Notes: generated from the sequence alone by a model not told the origin. Shown: positions 1 through 10,680, counted from the stretch's first letter. The stretch is DNA of 64,000 nucleotides from a virus (IMGVR_UViG_3300035492_000103:10019-74018), one strand, 5' to 3'. Program-made: numbers and translations.

Positions 1-57
1 AACTGAGCGGTATATTTTTTCATAATGTAAGATTCCTCATTCACGTTGTTAGTTTGT

Positions 58-114
58 ATTATAACAGACAAAATCCATCTGTAAACACATAAATTCATCT
101 GTAAACACATAAAT
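58..114 (-). promoter_or_regulatory. Early sigma70-type promoter (TTTACA-N16-TATAAT) with 20-bp tandem repeat
   Basis: -35 at 80-85, -10 at 58-63; unit aaat(c/t)catctgtaaacacat at 71-90 and 91-110; shared AACGTGAA...ATG leader downstream. Confidence 0.7.
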
Positions 115-145
115 AGTAAATTTATCGAACAAAGGTGACAATTTA

Positions 146-2050
146 ATGGCCATACTTGAAGATGTAATTGCCAATATCAGAGCCGGACGTAGAAACATAA
201 AACTGCGCGGAGAATCTGATCCACAAGCTGCATTGGCCGAATTACAGGCCATTTTAATTGAGGCTATTCATGTACAGAATTCTGGTTCAAAGGGAATGCA
301 GAAACGTGCACTGGAAGAATTGAAACAGATTCGTCGTGATATGGTTGCAGGTCACATCAGCGCTGGATCAAAAACCAACCAAGCAGTTGGAACATACACT
401 CACGTTATTGACCAAGTTGAATCCATGTTAGACCAGACACGTCAGAATAACCAGGTATATGAGGGCGCAATAGACTCTATTAAAAATTCTATTCCATCAG
501 CAGATTCACTTGTTGCGGCTCTGATGACTGCCAATCCTTTGGTAGGATACGGTGTTAAAATCTTTAGGGATATGTCAAAGTCCAGACAAGAAGCAAGACA
601 GAAAGCTAGACAAATTGAATCTGAAAGACTTAAAGTCCTTTCAGAACAAGAAAATGTGGCCAGAGAACAGTTATCTTGGACAGAAGAACAAAGACAGGAA
701 GCAGAAAAAGAAAAAGGTCCTATGGGTGAAAAACAGAGGGCAAAACCTTATTCTAAAATGACTCAAGTCCTCTACGAAATTAAGGATATCCTTCTTGAGC
801 GTGTTGGTACAAACCAAAGTCCAGAAGATGAATCAAAGATTGTTAAAGTTGATTCTGATAATGATGAAGTGGAAAACAAATTACAGAGAGTTGAAGAACA
901 ACTCGAAAATGTGAATAACAGCATCATAGAAACTGCATCTGAACAAATTGCTCACGAAGAGCGTATGGAGAAGCGCCGTGAAAGGAATTCACGTTTAACC
1001 AGAATGAAAGAACCTACTGGCGGATTACCAACTGGTCCTACTCCAGTTGAACCTAAAGGTGTAACACAAGGTAAGAAAGGTGGTTTTCTAGGTGCATTAC
1101 TTAGAGGTCTTGGATTATTGTCTTTAAAGGGTACAGGACTTCTGTCAATATTCAAACCTTTAACTATGATTATAGGATTCATAAAAGGGTTTGGTGCAAT
1201 GGCACTTAAAATTGGCTCAAAAGTCCTATTACCACTTGCAGTTTTAAAAGGTATCTATGACTTCTTTGATGGGTTTTTTAGTGCTGCAGATTGGTTAGGT
1301 AGAGCAGACTCCGAACTGAGCATCCTTGATAGAATTAAAATGGGTGTCATGAGTGCAATTTCTGGGTTTATTAGTTTATTCACAGGTGCATTTAGTTGGA
1401 TTACAGGAATAACGACTCCTTCCAAAGAGGAAATGGCAGTTGCTATGTTCAAATTTGTTGAAGATATACAGACTGCTGTTGTTGACTGGGTATCCAATGC
1501 ATATGACAAAATTGTAAATTTCTTTTCATCTATTCCAGAAACTGTAATGAATTTATTGGATGGTATGGGGAATGCAATAGTTGCAGGTTATGATATTGCA
1601 ATCAATAAAGTGACAGAAGTATTTAACAAAATCACAGATACATTTAAGTCTATCTACCAAGCTATTGAAGATAAGTTAAGCAGTTGGAGACAATCACTTT
1701 CTGAAATACCTGGTATTGGTAGATTATTTAAGACAGATGAAGAGGAAGCTGCAGAAGCTCAAAAAATGAGGGAAGCTAATGCATCTGGTGCAGCCGTTCT
1801 TGCTCAAGGTAGACGATTAGAAATGACTACGGGTATTCCTGTCACTTCTGGTGCTCTAGCTAATATTGAACGTGTTTCTAATCAGATGGATTCTGAAAGA
1901 AGGGCTAAAGAGTTATCTAGTGTAAATAACATAGTTGCACCTAATACAACCAATGTTAACAGTAACCAAACAATATTTGAAAATAGAACTTCAAATAACC
2001 CTAACACTAGGTTATATAATAAAGCAATGCAGAATAGGTATGCATATTAA
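146..2050 (+). CDS. Baseplate hub / tail length determinator (T4 gp29-like)
   Basis: 634 aa helical/coiled-coil protein with central Gly-rich hydrophobic segment; size and composition fit gp29. Confidence 0.65.
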   Translation: MAILEDVIANIRAGRRNIKLRGESDPQAALAELQAILIEAIHVQNSGSKGMQKRALEELKQIRRDMVAGHISAGSKTNQAVGTYTHVIDQVESMLDQTRQNNQVYEGAIDSIKNSIPSADSLVAALMTANPLVGYGVKIFRDMSKSRQEARQKARQIESERLKVLSEQENVAREQLSWTEEQRQEAEKEKGPMGEKQRAKPYSKMTQVLYEIKDILLERVGTNQSPEDESKIVKVDSDNDEVENKLQRVEEQLENVNNSIIETASEQIAHEERMEKRRERNSRLTRMKEPTGGLPTGPTPVEPKGVTQGKKGGFLGALLRGLGLLSLKGTGLLSIFKPLTMIIGFIKGFGAMALKIGSKVLLPLAVLKGIYDFFDGFFSAADWLGRADSELSILDRIKMGVMSAISGFISLFTGAFSWITGITTPSKEEMAVAMFKFVEDIQTAVVDWVSNAYDKIVNFFSSIPETVMNLLDGMGNAIVAGYDIAINKVTEVFNKITDTFKSIYQAIEDKLSSWRQSLSEIPGIGRLFKTDEEEAAEAQKMREANASGAAVLAQGRRLEMTTGIPVTSGALANIERVSNQMDSERRAKELSSVNNIVAPNTTNVNSNQTIFENRTSNNPNTRLYNKAMQNRYAY

Positions 2051-2080
2051 AAAGAGGGGCTAAATTTAGCCCCTCTCGTT
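2051..2080. terminator. Intrinsic terminator between convergent genes
   Basis: 10-bp stem agaggggcta/tagcccctct with A-tract on the left. Confidence 0.8.
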
Positions 2081-3023
2081 ATTCTTTAAATTCCCAACAA
2101 GTATGATTAGGAACTAATTGTCGATGTTGAACCCAATGTCGGAAATTACCTGACCAGAAATTATTTTTCCGGTCCATGTGTGTTACACCAGACTCCCATT
2201 CAAATGTTTCACCTTGTTTGCGATATAACTCTAATGTCCATTCTGGTAATACCATAGGAGTTGCTTGATGTTCAAGTGGGCTCGCATGGCAAGGTTCATC
2301 ATTATCTTGATTAACATTCAACTTGTCAAAAACTGCAGCTGCTTTTTCTAATGTATCATCAAGTTTGCGATATGAAACTTGAGCACAACATGAACTGCTA
2401 ATCATCAGAGCTTCTGATAATGTGTGTCCATGGACGTCCTTACCATCACTAGCAGGTGTCCAATAACCATCTTGGTAATATGGTACATGCCATTCACCTG
2501 GAAGTAACAGACGGGGTTCACTGGCTTTAAATGCTTCTAGCATTGTAACAGCCAACATATGAATTGTTGGATCTGCCATTTCATGAACACGCAATTTAAA
2601 GAAGTTATCAAATTCAGTTGCAGTGACTACTGCTTTAATATGCAGAAAAGGTTCCATAATACGATTGTATACCTGCTTATGATAACCTGCATCGCTCATA
2701 GCTTCTGCAAACTTTGCTGCAGATTTAGCTGCTAAGTCCCACCATTCATCCGGAGTATAACCTTCAATTAAAGCATCTAATTCTTCAAATGCTTGCATAC
2801 CGGGTTGATTTTTGCCCCAGTGAAATGGTCTTGCAGCTTCTTCCATAATTTGTTTCAGAGTAGTTTTAAATGGAATTGCACGAGATGAAGATGCATTACG
2901 AGAAAATAACCGATGGGTCATAAATTCTGACCAGATTAATCTTGGAGTTTCAATCTCAAAAGTTGTGATACGTTGACCCGATTCAGAAATTGAATCAGCA
3001 ATCACTTGAGCAGTAATTGTCAT
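2079..3023 (-). CDS. thyX: Flavin-dependent thymidylate synthase
   Basis: EFMTHRLFSRNASSSR ThyX signature variant; HASPLEHQA C-terminal motif. Confidence 0.85.
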   Translation of the reverse strand: MTITAQVIADSISESGQRITTFEIETPRLIWSEFMTHRLFSRNASSSRAIPFKTTLKQIMEEAARPFHWGKNQPGMQAFEELDALIEGYTPDEWWDLAAKSAAKFAEAMSDAGYHKQVYNRIMEPFLHIKAVVTATEFDNFFKLRVHEMADPTIHMLAVTMLEAFKASEPRLLLPGEWHVPYYQDGYWTPASDGKDVHGHTLSEALMISSSCCAQVSYRKLDDTLEKAAAVFDKLNVNQDNDEPCHASPLEHQATPMVLPEWTLELYRKQGETFEWESGVTHMDRKNNFWSGNFRHWVQHRQLVPNHTCWEFKE

Positions 3024-3032
3024 AATATATCC

Positions 3033-3584
3033 TTAGGTAGTTTTAATGAAATAATCGACCATAGCAAAAGAGTCTACAATATCAGATATAGGACTTGCTC
3101 CAGCTTTGGTACCGATTAACTGTTCCAAATCTAACATATTTTCCCTTTCTTGTAAACTCTGATACATTAATTCTTTTCTGGCATTTCCTTTACCGGTAAA
3201 TGTCTTTTTAACAGCAGTGGGAGCAGGTGTGATAAACTCAATTTTTGCTTTCCACATCTTGTATTTCAACAAGCCGATGTTTTCTGCAATGTTGAAAATG
3301 CGGCCAGCCGAGGACCCCATCGAATAGCCTTCTAAACATGCTTGTTTTACACCATGTTTGGTTAGAATTGTCATTGCCCATTCTGAAATGTTGTCAAATC
3401 TTTCTTGTTCTGTCTGATACAACTGAGCTTTGAATCCATGAATATTACCATAGGATTTATCAAATTTTTTATTATCTATGTAAAAATAGAAAACACAATT
3501 AGCAAATGTAAATGGTTTCTTTTTGTCCCAGATGCATATTGCAGGGCATGACATACTCCAGTCTAATCCTGCAATACAAGTCAT
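3033..3584 (-). CDS. RuvC-like Holliday junction resolvase/nuclease
   Basis: GLDWSMS, CLEGYSMG, VKKTFTGKGNA.K and DIVDSF acidic motifs; likely start MTCIAG at 3584. Confidence 0.7.
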   Translation of the reverse strand: MTCIAGLDWSMSCPAICIWDKKKPFTFANCVFYFYIDNKKFDKSYGNIHGFKAQLYQTEQERFDNISEWAMTILTKHGVKQACLEGYSMGSSAGRIFNIAENIGLLKYKMWKAKIEFITPAPTAVKKTFTGKGNARKELMYQSLQERENMLDLEQLIGTKAGASPISDIVDSFAMVDYFIKTT

Positions 3585-3727
3585 ACTTCTTCCTCTGGTT
3601 CTGCAACAGCAGTTTCTGAACCACAGAAAGGACAACAAGTTACAAATTTAATATCTTTTTGTTTTACGACAAGAATATAATGTTTACCACAATCGGGACA
3701 GATTGTTTCAAATTTTGTTAATGACAT
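3581..3727 (-). CDS. Small zinc-ribbon protein (48 aa, not in ORF track)
   Basis: MSLTKFETICPDCGK...CCPFCGS...EEEV; GAGGA RBS; stop overlaps next start (ATGA). Confidence 0.7.
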   Translation of the reverse strand: MSLTKFETICPDCGKHYILVVKQKDIKFVTCCPFCGSETAVAEPEEEV

Positions 3728-3790
3728 GGAAATTCCTCTACTAAAATGATTCCGTTAATCCAATTTAGTAGAGGAAATTTTGAATGGTTT

Positions 3791-5389
3791 TTACAATCTC
3801 CACTTACCGTTTTTGATTGTTATGATACACCGTTTACCATTTGGATATGTACAAATTGCAGAGTGTGACCAACTTGAACCACCCTTATTATATCCCATAT
3901 CCATTTTAGAGAATGTACCAGCTTGATACACACCATCTACAATGTTTGCAGAATGACTATGTCCAATATTGTATCTATTACCAAGATATGTATATGCTTT
4001 TATTGAACCTTTTGCACCATTATTTCCTAGATGTCCATGTGAACCACATTCAACACCATCAGGACCACAAACTTTAAAACTTTCATCGGTCAATAAAAAT
4101 TTAACATTGACCAATTCTTTGCAGAGAGTTTTTACAGCATGTTCAAATATAGAAAAATTTGAATAACCAGCTTCAATTGCTCTATATTGTGTCAACTGTA
4201 ATTCAAGGAATATGATAGCATTTGCTGGGTCTGTTTTATAGTCTGCAGTTTTTAGCCATCGCTTTAATGCTAAATCGTGATTAGATTCAACCACTATCAA
4301 TTTACTGAAATGTCTCTGCATTTGTTTCATGACCTCACACACTTTCAGAATATCATCTTTTACAGTGTCATTACCAGAGATATACTTCTGAAATCTTGAA
4401 TAAGGATCTTGAATCGAATGATGATTCCTTGCAGAAAAATCCATTACATCATGAATTAATTGATATTTGGGTTTTAGTGTATCTAAAATACCGTTTTTTC
4501 CGAATGCAGTATATGCAACAACTTCATCAATCTTTTCTGCATGTATATCACCCCAGTTCATAGCTTCGACAATCTGTTGATTTTTCCAACCAAAAGGTGA
4601 ATATAATGTATCCAAGTCCTGAATTTCTCCAGTATTTGTATCTGCAATAAGTTGTCTACAGAACCAATCACCACTTGAATCTATTTCAACAATTAAAGCA
4701 CCAAAAACATGATGGAATGATGCTTTCTGACCTGCTTTCTTTAAAATATAATTCCGTTGAGTTACTGTACCCGTGGTATATAACATCCGTACTGGATTAC
4801 CATTTGCACCAGGTAAACTTTCTAATTGTACTTTGACGTGTGGAAAGATACCGGATGCCTGTTTTGTATATGACTGTAGGCCACTTAATGGATTTACAGC
4901 GGTTGGTAAAATATTCATTTCACCACAATAAATCAGATCATCTGCCAATTTAACTGGTTCATCTACAATATAGTCAGTTATCTTAGGATCAAACCATTCA
5001 CCATCGCCCTTCTGTAGATTCTGAAACCCATTTGTATTATAGGAGAATGTCCCTACAATAAGTCTGGCATTTCTATGAATTTGAATTTGTTTTAGAGTTT
5101 CTAAGACTTTAGAATGAACATAAGTATTATTCTGTGCAGATGTGATAATAAAAACAGATTCTGTAAATGTTTTTACTTTATCATAATGGTCGTGTATTGT
5201 ACCCGATGCAATAGGTTTTTTAAACGTATTCCACCAAGATTGATATGTTTTCTTTCTGAGAAAATCGTGAATTGATGATTTGCTAATTCCAGTTTTTTCT
5301 GAAATAGCTCTTACAGAAAATTGCTCATTGTGTAATCTTAACACTTCTAGTTTTACATTGTCGTCGTTTAAAATCATAGCTTCTTCCAT
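3791..5389 (-). CDS. HTH plus metallophosphoesterase protein (T5 A1-like family)
   Basis: N-terminal HTH (SVRAISEKTGISKSSIHDFL); GDIH, HD..DF..RNHH, SNHD, HGH, GHSH motifs. Confidence 0.65.
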   Translation of the reverse strand: MEEAMILNDDNVKLEVLRLHNEQFSVRAISEKTGISKSSIHDFLRKKTYQSWWNTFKKPIASGTIHDHYDKVKTFTESVFIITSAQNNTYVHSKVLETLKQIQIHRNARLIVGTFSYNTNGFQNLQKGDGEWFDPKITDYIVDEPVKLADDLIYCGEMNILPTAVNPLSGLQSYTKQASGIFPHVKVQLESLPGANGNPVRMLYTTGTVTQRNYILKKAGQKASFHHVFGALIVEIDSSGDWFCRQLIADTNTGEIQDLDTLYSPFGWKNQQIVEAMNWGDIHAEKIDEVVAYTAFGKNGILDTLKPKYQLIHDVMDFSARNHHSIQDPYSRFQKYISGNDTVKDDILKVCEVMKQMQRHFSKLIVVESNHDLALKRWLKTADYKTDPANAIIFLELQLTQYRAIEAGYSNFSIFEHAVKTLCKELVNVKFLLTDESFKVCGPDGVECGSHGHLGNNGAKGSIKAYTYLGNRYNIGHSHSANIVDGVYQAGTFSKMDMGYNKGGSSWSHSAICTYPNGKRCIITIKNGKWRL

Positions 5390-6423
5390 TGTGTGAATTT
5401 AGCCTTGGCCATTAGACCAGAGTATGTACATCTGTTTATAAGTGACATAAGTTGATTCCTGTTCATACCACCTAGAATCATATCGTTTATGTCAAGTTTT
5501 TTATTAGGAATAAATGGCCAAATAACAACAGATTTACCAGCTTCTATTGCATTGTCCATGTACCTAATTATATCTTTCTGCCTAGGTTGACAATCCCAGC
5601 AATATCTGTCCGCTTCGACTCTTGTTAAATTTGCATCACAAGTAGCAATTGCATTATCAACAAATAATGAATCCAAAGGTCCTTCCACACAAGTTACAAT
5701 TTCTGTTTCATCTAATTCATAACGTCCATAAACTTTTTCAACATCATCATTTGCTTTAATAGAAATGTATCTGAGTTTTGATTCTGGGTCTAATGACCTA
5801 CCTTGTAACATTTCAACTCTACCTTGCGGAGTTGTGAATGGTATTAAAATTCTAGGCTCAGATTCTTTTAATTTTGTTGTGGTCGTAGAATTTAATTTCT
5901 CTGCTACAGATTTAAAATCATCTGTATAATACAGACGATTCATTTCCCTTACAGACATACCTCTATTGACCAACATCATTCTTGCAGGATGTTTTTTATC
6001 TAACGAAATAATAGGTGTACATATAGACTGGAAAACATCTATAGGAATCCCTGGAATCGTCTCCAGTGATTTATTTTCTGTAGGACTATCTAACCTATTA
6101 ACTACAGATTTTGGTTTATCTGGAGTAGACCTGGTAAATGAATCAAATAACGTCTCACGTTTGTATTCATCAAACAAACTAGGAAACTTGTCTTTCATAA
6201 ATCCATAAAATGATTTTGAATATCCACATTTGTGACAATAGACAGACAATTTACCTTTACGGACCAATAAATAGAACCGCTTTTTCTTTGGATCTCTTGT
6301 TGAATCTCCACAGATAGGACAACGACAATTATAAACAGAATCACTATTTTTACTAAACCTATCCAAACTGTAAGAAATTCTGTTCATCCACGTCAAATCA
6401 ACGTGTAATTTTGGTTGAATCAT
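5374..6423 (-). CDS. 61: DNA primase (T4 gp61)
   Basis: CPICGDS...CHKCG zinc finger; QGRSL; TOPRIM VEGPLDSLF. Confidence 0.92.
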   Translation of the reverse strand: MIQPKLHVDLTWMNRISYSLDRFSKNSDSVYNCRCPICGDSTRDPKKKRFYLLVRKGKLSVYCHKCGYSKSFYGFMKDKFPSLFDEYKRETLFDSFTRSTPDKPKSVVNRLDSPTENKSLETIPGIPIDVFQSICTPIISLDKKHPARMMLVNRGMSVREMNRLYYTDDFKSVAEKLNSTTTTKLKESEPRILIPFTTPQGRVEMLQGRSLDPESKLRYISIKANDDVEKVYGRYELDETEIVTCVEGPLDSLFVDNAIATCDANLTRVEADRYCWDCQPRQKDIIRYMDNAIEAGKSVVIWPFIPNKKLDINDMILGGMNRNQLMSLINRCTYSGLMAKAKFTQWKKL

Positions 6424-6436
6424 AACTCACAACCTC

Positions 6437-6444
6437 TATAAATA
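6437..6444 (+). promoter_or_regulatory. T4-type late promoter TATAAATA
   Basis: Exact match upstream of the 6487 ORF; gp55 is present in the window. Confidence 0.7.
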
Positions 6445-6486
6445 AATGTAGAAGATTTTAACATATTTGGACTAGGATTCAACACG

Positions 6487-6942
6487 ATGGACATAACATT
6501 TATCGAACTATTAGTGGGACTATTCGCTATCTGTACTGCTTTGGTTGGTTCGACCATTTGGTTTTTAAAATGGTATAGTGGCAAAGTTGCAACAGATAAT
6601 GAAAAAATCATCTTTGAAATTAAAAATAATAATATGCTCACGTTTACCTCACTGAAAGATGATTTAAAAGAGTTCAGAAGTCATTTTGATACTCGGATAG
6701 GTGATGTATATAGTGCAGTGGACTCCAAGAACAGAGAATTGAAAGATTTTGTTTCCAAAGAGTTAGATTATATCCGTAGTCATGTTGATACCATCGAAGG
6801 TAAAATTACTCAGACTAGAGATCACACTCACGAACTCGAAAAAGAAATCTTGCGTGTTCAATCAACAATTGGTAAAGATTACATAACGAAGGATGACCTT
6901 CGGGATTATTTAAAATCCCGAAGAGAATCAGATGTCAAGTAA
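6487..6942 (+). CDS. Membrane-anchored coiled-coil protein, possible holin/lysis component
   Basis: One N-terminal TM helix, coiled-coil C-terminus, late promoter, isolated plus-strand gene. Confidence 0.35.
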   Translation: MDITFIELLVGLFAICTALVGSTIWFLKWYSGKVATDNEKIIFEIKNNNMLTFTSLKDDLKEFRSHFDTRIGDVYSAVDSKNRELKDFVSKELDYIRSHVDTIEGKITQTRDHTHELEKEILRVQSTIGKDYITKDDLRDYLKSRRESDVK

Positions 6943-8256
6943 ATCTGTACTGTATAGTTGTTCAATACTGGTGGAGATTAAGGTCTCCACTTGTTTTTCT
7001 AATTTTTGAATTTGTTCTAATAACTCATCCATCTTTTGTTTTGTTAGTGACCTGATTGGCAATGCCATTAACCTGTCAATATAACTGACATCAACAATAC
7101 CATCCAGTGCCTTTGTAATTTCATCTTCTGACATTAAATGTGGATTCTTGAGTTTGTTATTCCACTGATTAATAAACTCAGCTTTGTTCTGTAGCCATCT
7201 AATATCAATACCATACAATTCTAAGAGTTTATCTTTGCGAACTTGATACTTAGTTAACCGAAACGAAATAAATTCTTGTAGGGCTTCATAGACAGAATCA
7301 TATCTTTGTAAGAGACCTTTTGAATTCCATAACGTGACATTCTCACCAACTTTTGTTTGCAGTTTGAAAACGTTAATTAACTCAGATTCAGATTTACGGC
7401 CAACTTCACGAGGTACAGTAATAACAAAATCAAATGATTCTTCATTAGAGTTGTTATCAAAATCTTTGACAATACCTTTATCCATTAAACCAATTAGGAT
7501 ATCTTTGTACTTGTTAACTCCGTATGTGACAGGAAGTTCGGTAACACGGATTGTTGTGGTATTAACTTTTTCCAGTTTACCAGTTAAAATCCATTGACTG
7601 TCGGATTCTCCTTTGGCGACTGTACCTTTCCAACCATTAAAACTTGGTAACATAGCTTGGTCGATGGTTTTCTGATGTGGAGTAGTTCCACTAATAATAC
7701 TATTGATTAATTTAACAACAGTTTTGTAGTCACGTGGAAGAATTGTTACACTATGTCCTGTACCAATACCAACAGCGCCATTCACCAACCAAAGTGGAAT
7801 AATAGGAAAATATGAGATTGGTTCAAGATTGATACCTTCTTCCATTCTTGATTCTAAAATCAAATCATCATCAATTTTAAGAATCTTGCGCATAAATTTG
7901 CTATGCTTGGTGAATATGTAACGAGTAGATGCAGAAGCAGAATTTAAAATGGAACCGAACTGACCAATAGGTTCCAATAGATTAACATTATTAGAACCTG
8001 GGAAATTCTGAGCCAGACCAACAATAGTGCTACCTAGCGATGCTTCACCATGAGCATAATGAGTTATTTGAGCTACATATGAACCAGCCTGTGATACTTT
8101 GATTTCACTGGTACCATGTTGCAACATACCATAGATAACTTTTCTCTGAGAATCTTTGAACCCATCCACTAAGGATGGGATTGATCGGACGTTATCCAGA
8201 TTTGAAAACACTTTCAAATCGTTGTTGATGAAATCTCGTAAAGCATAATTCTGCAT
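6928..8256 (-). CDS. 52: DNA topoisomerase II subunit (gp52, GyrA/ParC-like)
   Basis: RSIPSLVDGFKDSQRK, YAHGEASL, ASTRYI catalytic Tyr. Confidence 0.95.
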   Translation of the reverse strand: MQNYALRDFINNDLKVFSNLDNVRSIPSLVDGFKDSQRKVIYGMLQHGTSEIKVSQAGSYVAQITHYAHGEASLGSTIVGLAQNFPGSNNVNLLEPIGQFGSILNSASASTRYIFTKHSKFMRKILKIDDDLILESRMEEGINLEPISYFPIIPLWLVNGAVGIGTGHSVTILPRDYKTVVKLINSIISGTTPHQKTIDQAMLPSFNGWKGTVAKGESDSQWILTGKLEKVNTTTIRVTELPVTYGVNKYKDILIGLMDKGIVKDFDNNSNEESFDFVITVPREVGRKSESELINVFKLQTKVGENVTLWNSKGLLQRYDSVYEALQEFISFRLTKYQVRKDKLLELYGIDIRWLQNKAEFINQWNNKLKNPHLMSEDEITKALDGIVDVSYIDRLMALPIRSLTKQKMDELLEQIQKLEKQVETLISTSIEQLYSTDLLDI

Positions 8257-8537
8257 TACTCAGCTCCTGGTGCATTTAAGTCTGGTAGTTTAATAATGAC
8301 TACGGGACTATTGGGATTTCTGTAAAAAGCATGGACCAAGAAGCCTTCTTTTTGTAATTCTGATACAACTAGAGTCCTTAATTTAGGACTAATGCGACTC
8401 AAATCAGCGGAAATCTGTGTTGTTTTTGAAGTGATAAAATCATCACATATCTGAGATAACACTTCCTGTACAGCTTTTGAATAATCAGATTTTTTTGATT
8501 CTTCAATCTGTTTTGCAATATCGTGAGCAATTCCCAT
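8256..8537 (-). CDS. Hypothetical protein
   Basis: 93 aa, RBS, coupled between topoisomerase genes. Confidence 0.6.
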   Translation of the reverse strand: MGIAHDIAKQIEESKKSDYSKAVQEVLSQICDDFITSKTTQISADLSRISPKLRTLVVSELQKEGFLVHAFYRNPNSPVVIIKLPDLNAPGAE

Positions 8538-8552
8538 ATCAATTCTCCTAAT

Positions 8553-10397
8553 TTAATTTAATAACCAGTCTTTGCGAGCATCTGCTTTGGATTTATCGAA
8601 TGCTATATCTAATGCTTCAAAGTCTGCTTTATCCGTAGCAGTTATTTTAACAGAATATTTTGAATCTACAAGGAACCTTTTAAAATCTTTGGTTGCATAA
8701 CTACCAAGACCTTTAAAATATTTGTGACTATGTTTCCCAGCAGTTTCACTCCATACAGTATATTCAGATGTTCCGAAAAATTCTACAGTATTTTTACCTT
8801 GTTGGGCTATAATTAACGGCGGGTTCAATTTACAAATAACACCCATTGTGATTAATTCTGGCCAAAACTCATTAATCATATTAATGATAAGACCGAATAT
8901 GTGTTGACCATCAGGGTCTGCATCTGTAGCAACTAGAATTTTACCGAACCGAAGTTCATCTACAGAATTAACTTTTGTACCAACTTTCAATCCCATAATT
9001 GCCATGATGTTTTGGAATTCTTCATTGTTGGCCAATTTCTTCACTTCAATATCACGGACGTTAATGAACTTGCCTCTCAGAGGAAATACGCCCATTGTCT
9101 GAGGATCACGTGCAGATAGAATTGTTGTGGCAGCACTATCACCCTCTGTTAAAATCAGTGAACACAATGACCTATCTTTACTTGTAGCATCATCAAATTT
9201 GGTGATTCGTTTCAGAAAGTTATTATTCTGAGTTTGTTTGTTCAATTTGCGCAGTTCTGCCAATTCATCTTTTCGTTTTTCTGCGGCTACCCAGTCCAAT
9301 ACTTTTTCTACAACTGGTGAATCAAATAACCTTTTGATGAATTTATCAGAAGGTGTGTATGATGTACCGAAATCTCTGACTTCGGAACACATAAATTCTT
9401 TGGTTTGTGAATTGAAGTTAGGAGCATTAATCCTACATTTCATAATCACCATCATCTGTTGTCGAATCACGTTTGGTTTTACTTCTATTTTATGCTTCTT
9501 TTTAATTAATTCACGGAGTTTGTAAATAATCTGATTTGAAACATAATCAACGTGTGTACCACCATTATAGGTATCAATGCCGTTAACAAAAGACACATGT
9601 CTAAACTGACCATCTTCAACAGCAGTTAATGCTACTGAGTAATCGTCTGTTTCTTCAATAACATATTCAGATGTAAATAGTTCTACATAGTCCTTAAATG
9701 ACTTAATATTGATCCGTTTTCCATATAGGTGAACATTGATACCTGGGTTACAACCAGCTACATCATAAACACGACGTTCAATCTTTGCAATATTATCAGA
9801 GTCCAATTCACAATCTAATCGCTTATAATCTGGTGTAAAAGTGATTGTTGTACCATTATCTTTGGAAGGTTGTATAACAGATTTACCTCGGTCCTGTGTG
9901 TTATTCCTAAATGTTTGAACAAATCTGTTTTTACCATCGCAAGTATCAACTTTAAACTCTGTTGAATAAATACTGGTCAATTTTGCACCAAGGCCATTCA
10001 GACCAGCTGTAATCCGTTCTTCGTCATTAAAATTTGAACCTGTACGGAGTTCACCAAAAATCATTTCTGGAATATATGTACCATATTCAGGATGTTTTGC
10101 TACAGGAATACCACCATCGTCACGGATCTGAATTTCACCGGTCATAGGGAAAATATCAACCCAGATGTTTTTAACTGAACCCTTTCTGATGTGTTCATCT
10201 ACAGAATTTGAAATAATTTCATCAAATAGTTTTAATAGACCTGGATTATATGTGACTTCAGATTCTGTCATGTTATCATCAGACAAAAGCCAAGTTTTTG
10301 TATTTGTATTTGATACGTTACCGATATAGATACCAGGTCTTGCGAGGATATGTTCAACCTCTGATAATTTTTTAAATTTACTTAATTCTGTAGTCAT
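8553..10397 (-). CDS. 39: DNA topoisomerase II large subunit (fused gp39+gp60)
   Basis: GHKL ATPase (EIISNSVDE, GLNGLGAK) plus TOPRIM (LTEGDSA, PLRGK, DADPDG, KGLGS). Confidence 0.95.
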   Translation of the reverse strand: MTTELSKFKKLSEVEHILARPGIYIGNVSNTNTKTWLLSDDNMTESEVTYNPGLLKLFDEIISNSVDEHIRKGSVKNIWVDIFPMTGEIQIRDDGGIPVAKHPEYGTYIPEMIFGELRTGSNFNDEERITAGLNGLGAKLTSIYSTEFKVDTCDGKNRFVQTFRNNTQDRGKSVIQPSKDNGTTITFTPDYKRLDCELDSDNIAKIERRVYDVAGCNPGINVHLYGKRINIKSFKDYVELFTSEYVIEETDDYSVALTAVEDGQFRHVSFVNGIDTYNGGTHVDYVSNQIIYKLRELIKKKHKIEVKPNVIRQQMMVIMKCRINAPNFNSQTKEFMCSEVRDFGTSYTPSDKFIKRLFDSPVVEKVLDWVAAEKRKDELAELRKLNKQTQNNNFLKRITKFDDATSKDRSLCSLILTEGDSAATTILSARDPQTMGVFPLRGKFINVRDIEVKKLANNEEFQNIMAIMGLKVGTKVNSVDELRFGKILVATDADPDGQHIFGLIINMINEFWPELITMGVICKLNPPLIIAQQGKNTVEFFGTSEYTVWSETAGKHSHKYFKGLGSYATKDFKRFLVDSKYSVKITATDKADFEALDIAFDKSKADARKDWLLN

Positions 10398-10455
10398 TAA
10401 TAAAACCCATTTGTTTTTAATTTGTCAGGAATCCTAATTTATATATGAATTTCTG

Positions 10456-10680
10456 TCAACACAAGTCACGGAAAATTTCCAATCTGTCTCTTTCTGCTTG
10501 AGGTAGATGTAATGTTTCTTCGTGTTTTTCTAGTGCATAAATTGCAATAGCTCTTGTTTTATAACGGCCATGTTCCAAACCTGCTTCATCGAAAGCGACA
10601 AATTCTTGAGTCTCTACATCAAATAAAATATGATTATCTGTCCAATGTCCAGATTCTGGTAATTTTTTTAATTCTGTCAT
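10456..10680 (-). CDS. Hypothetical protein
   Basis: 74 aa ORF with RBS. Confidence 0.55.
   Translation of the reverse strand: MTELKKLPESGHWTDNHILFDVETQEFVAFDEAGLEHGRYKTRAIAIYALEKHEETLHLPQAERDRLEIFRDLC

Noticed and set aside
2079-3023. ThyX signature variant (THR instead of RHR) as sign of a modified-base synthase
   Set aside because: I recall such variants in phage ThyX; no independent support for altered chemistry.
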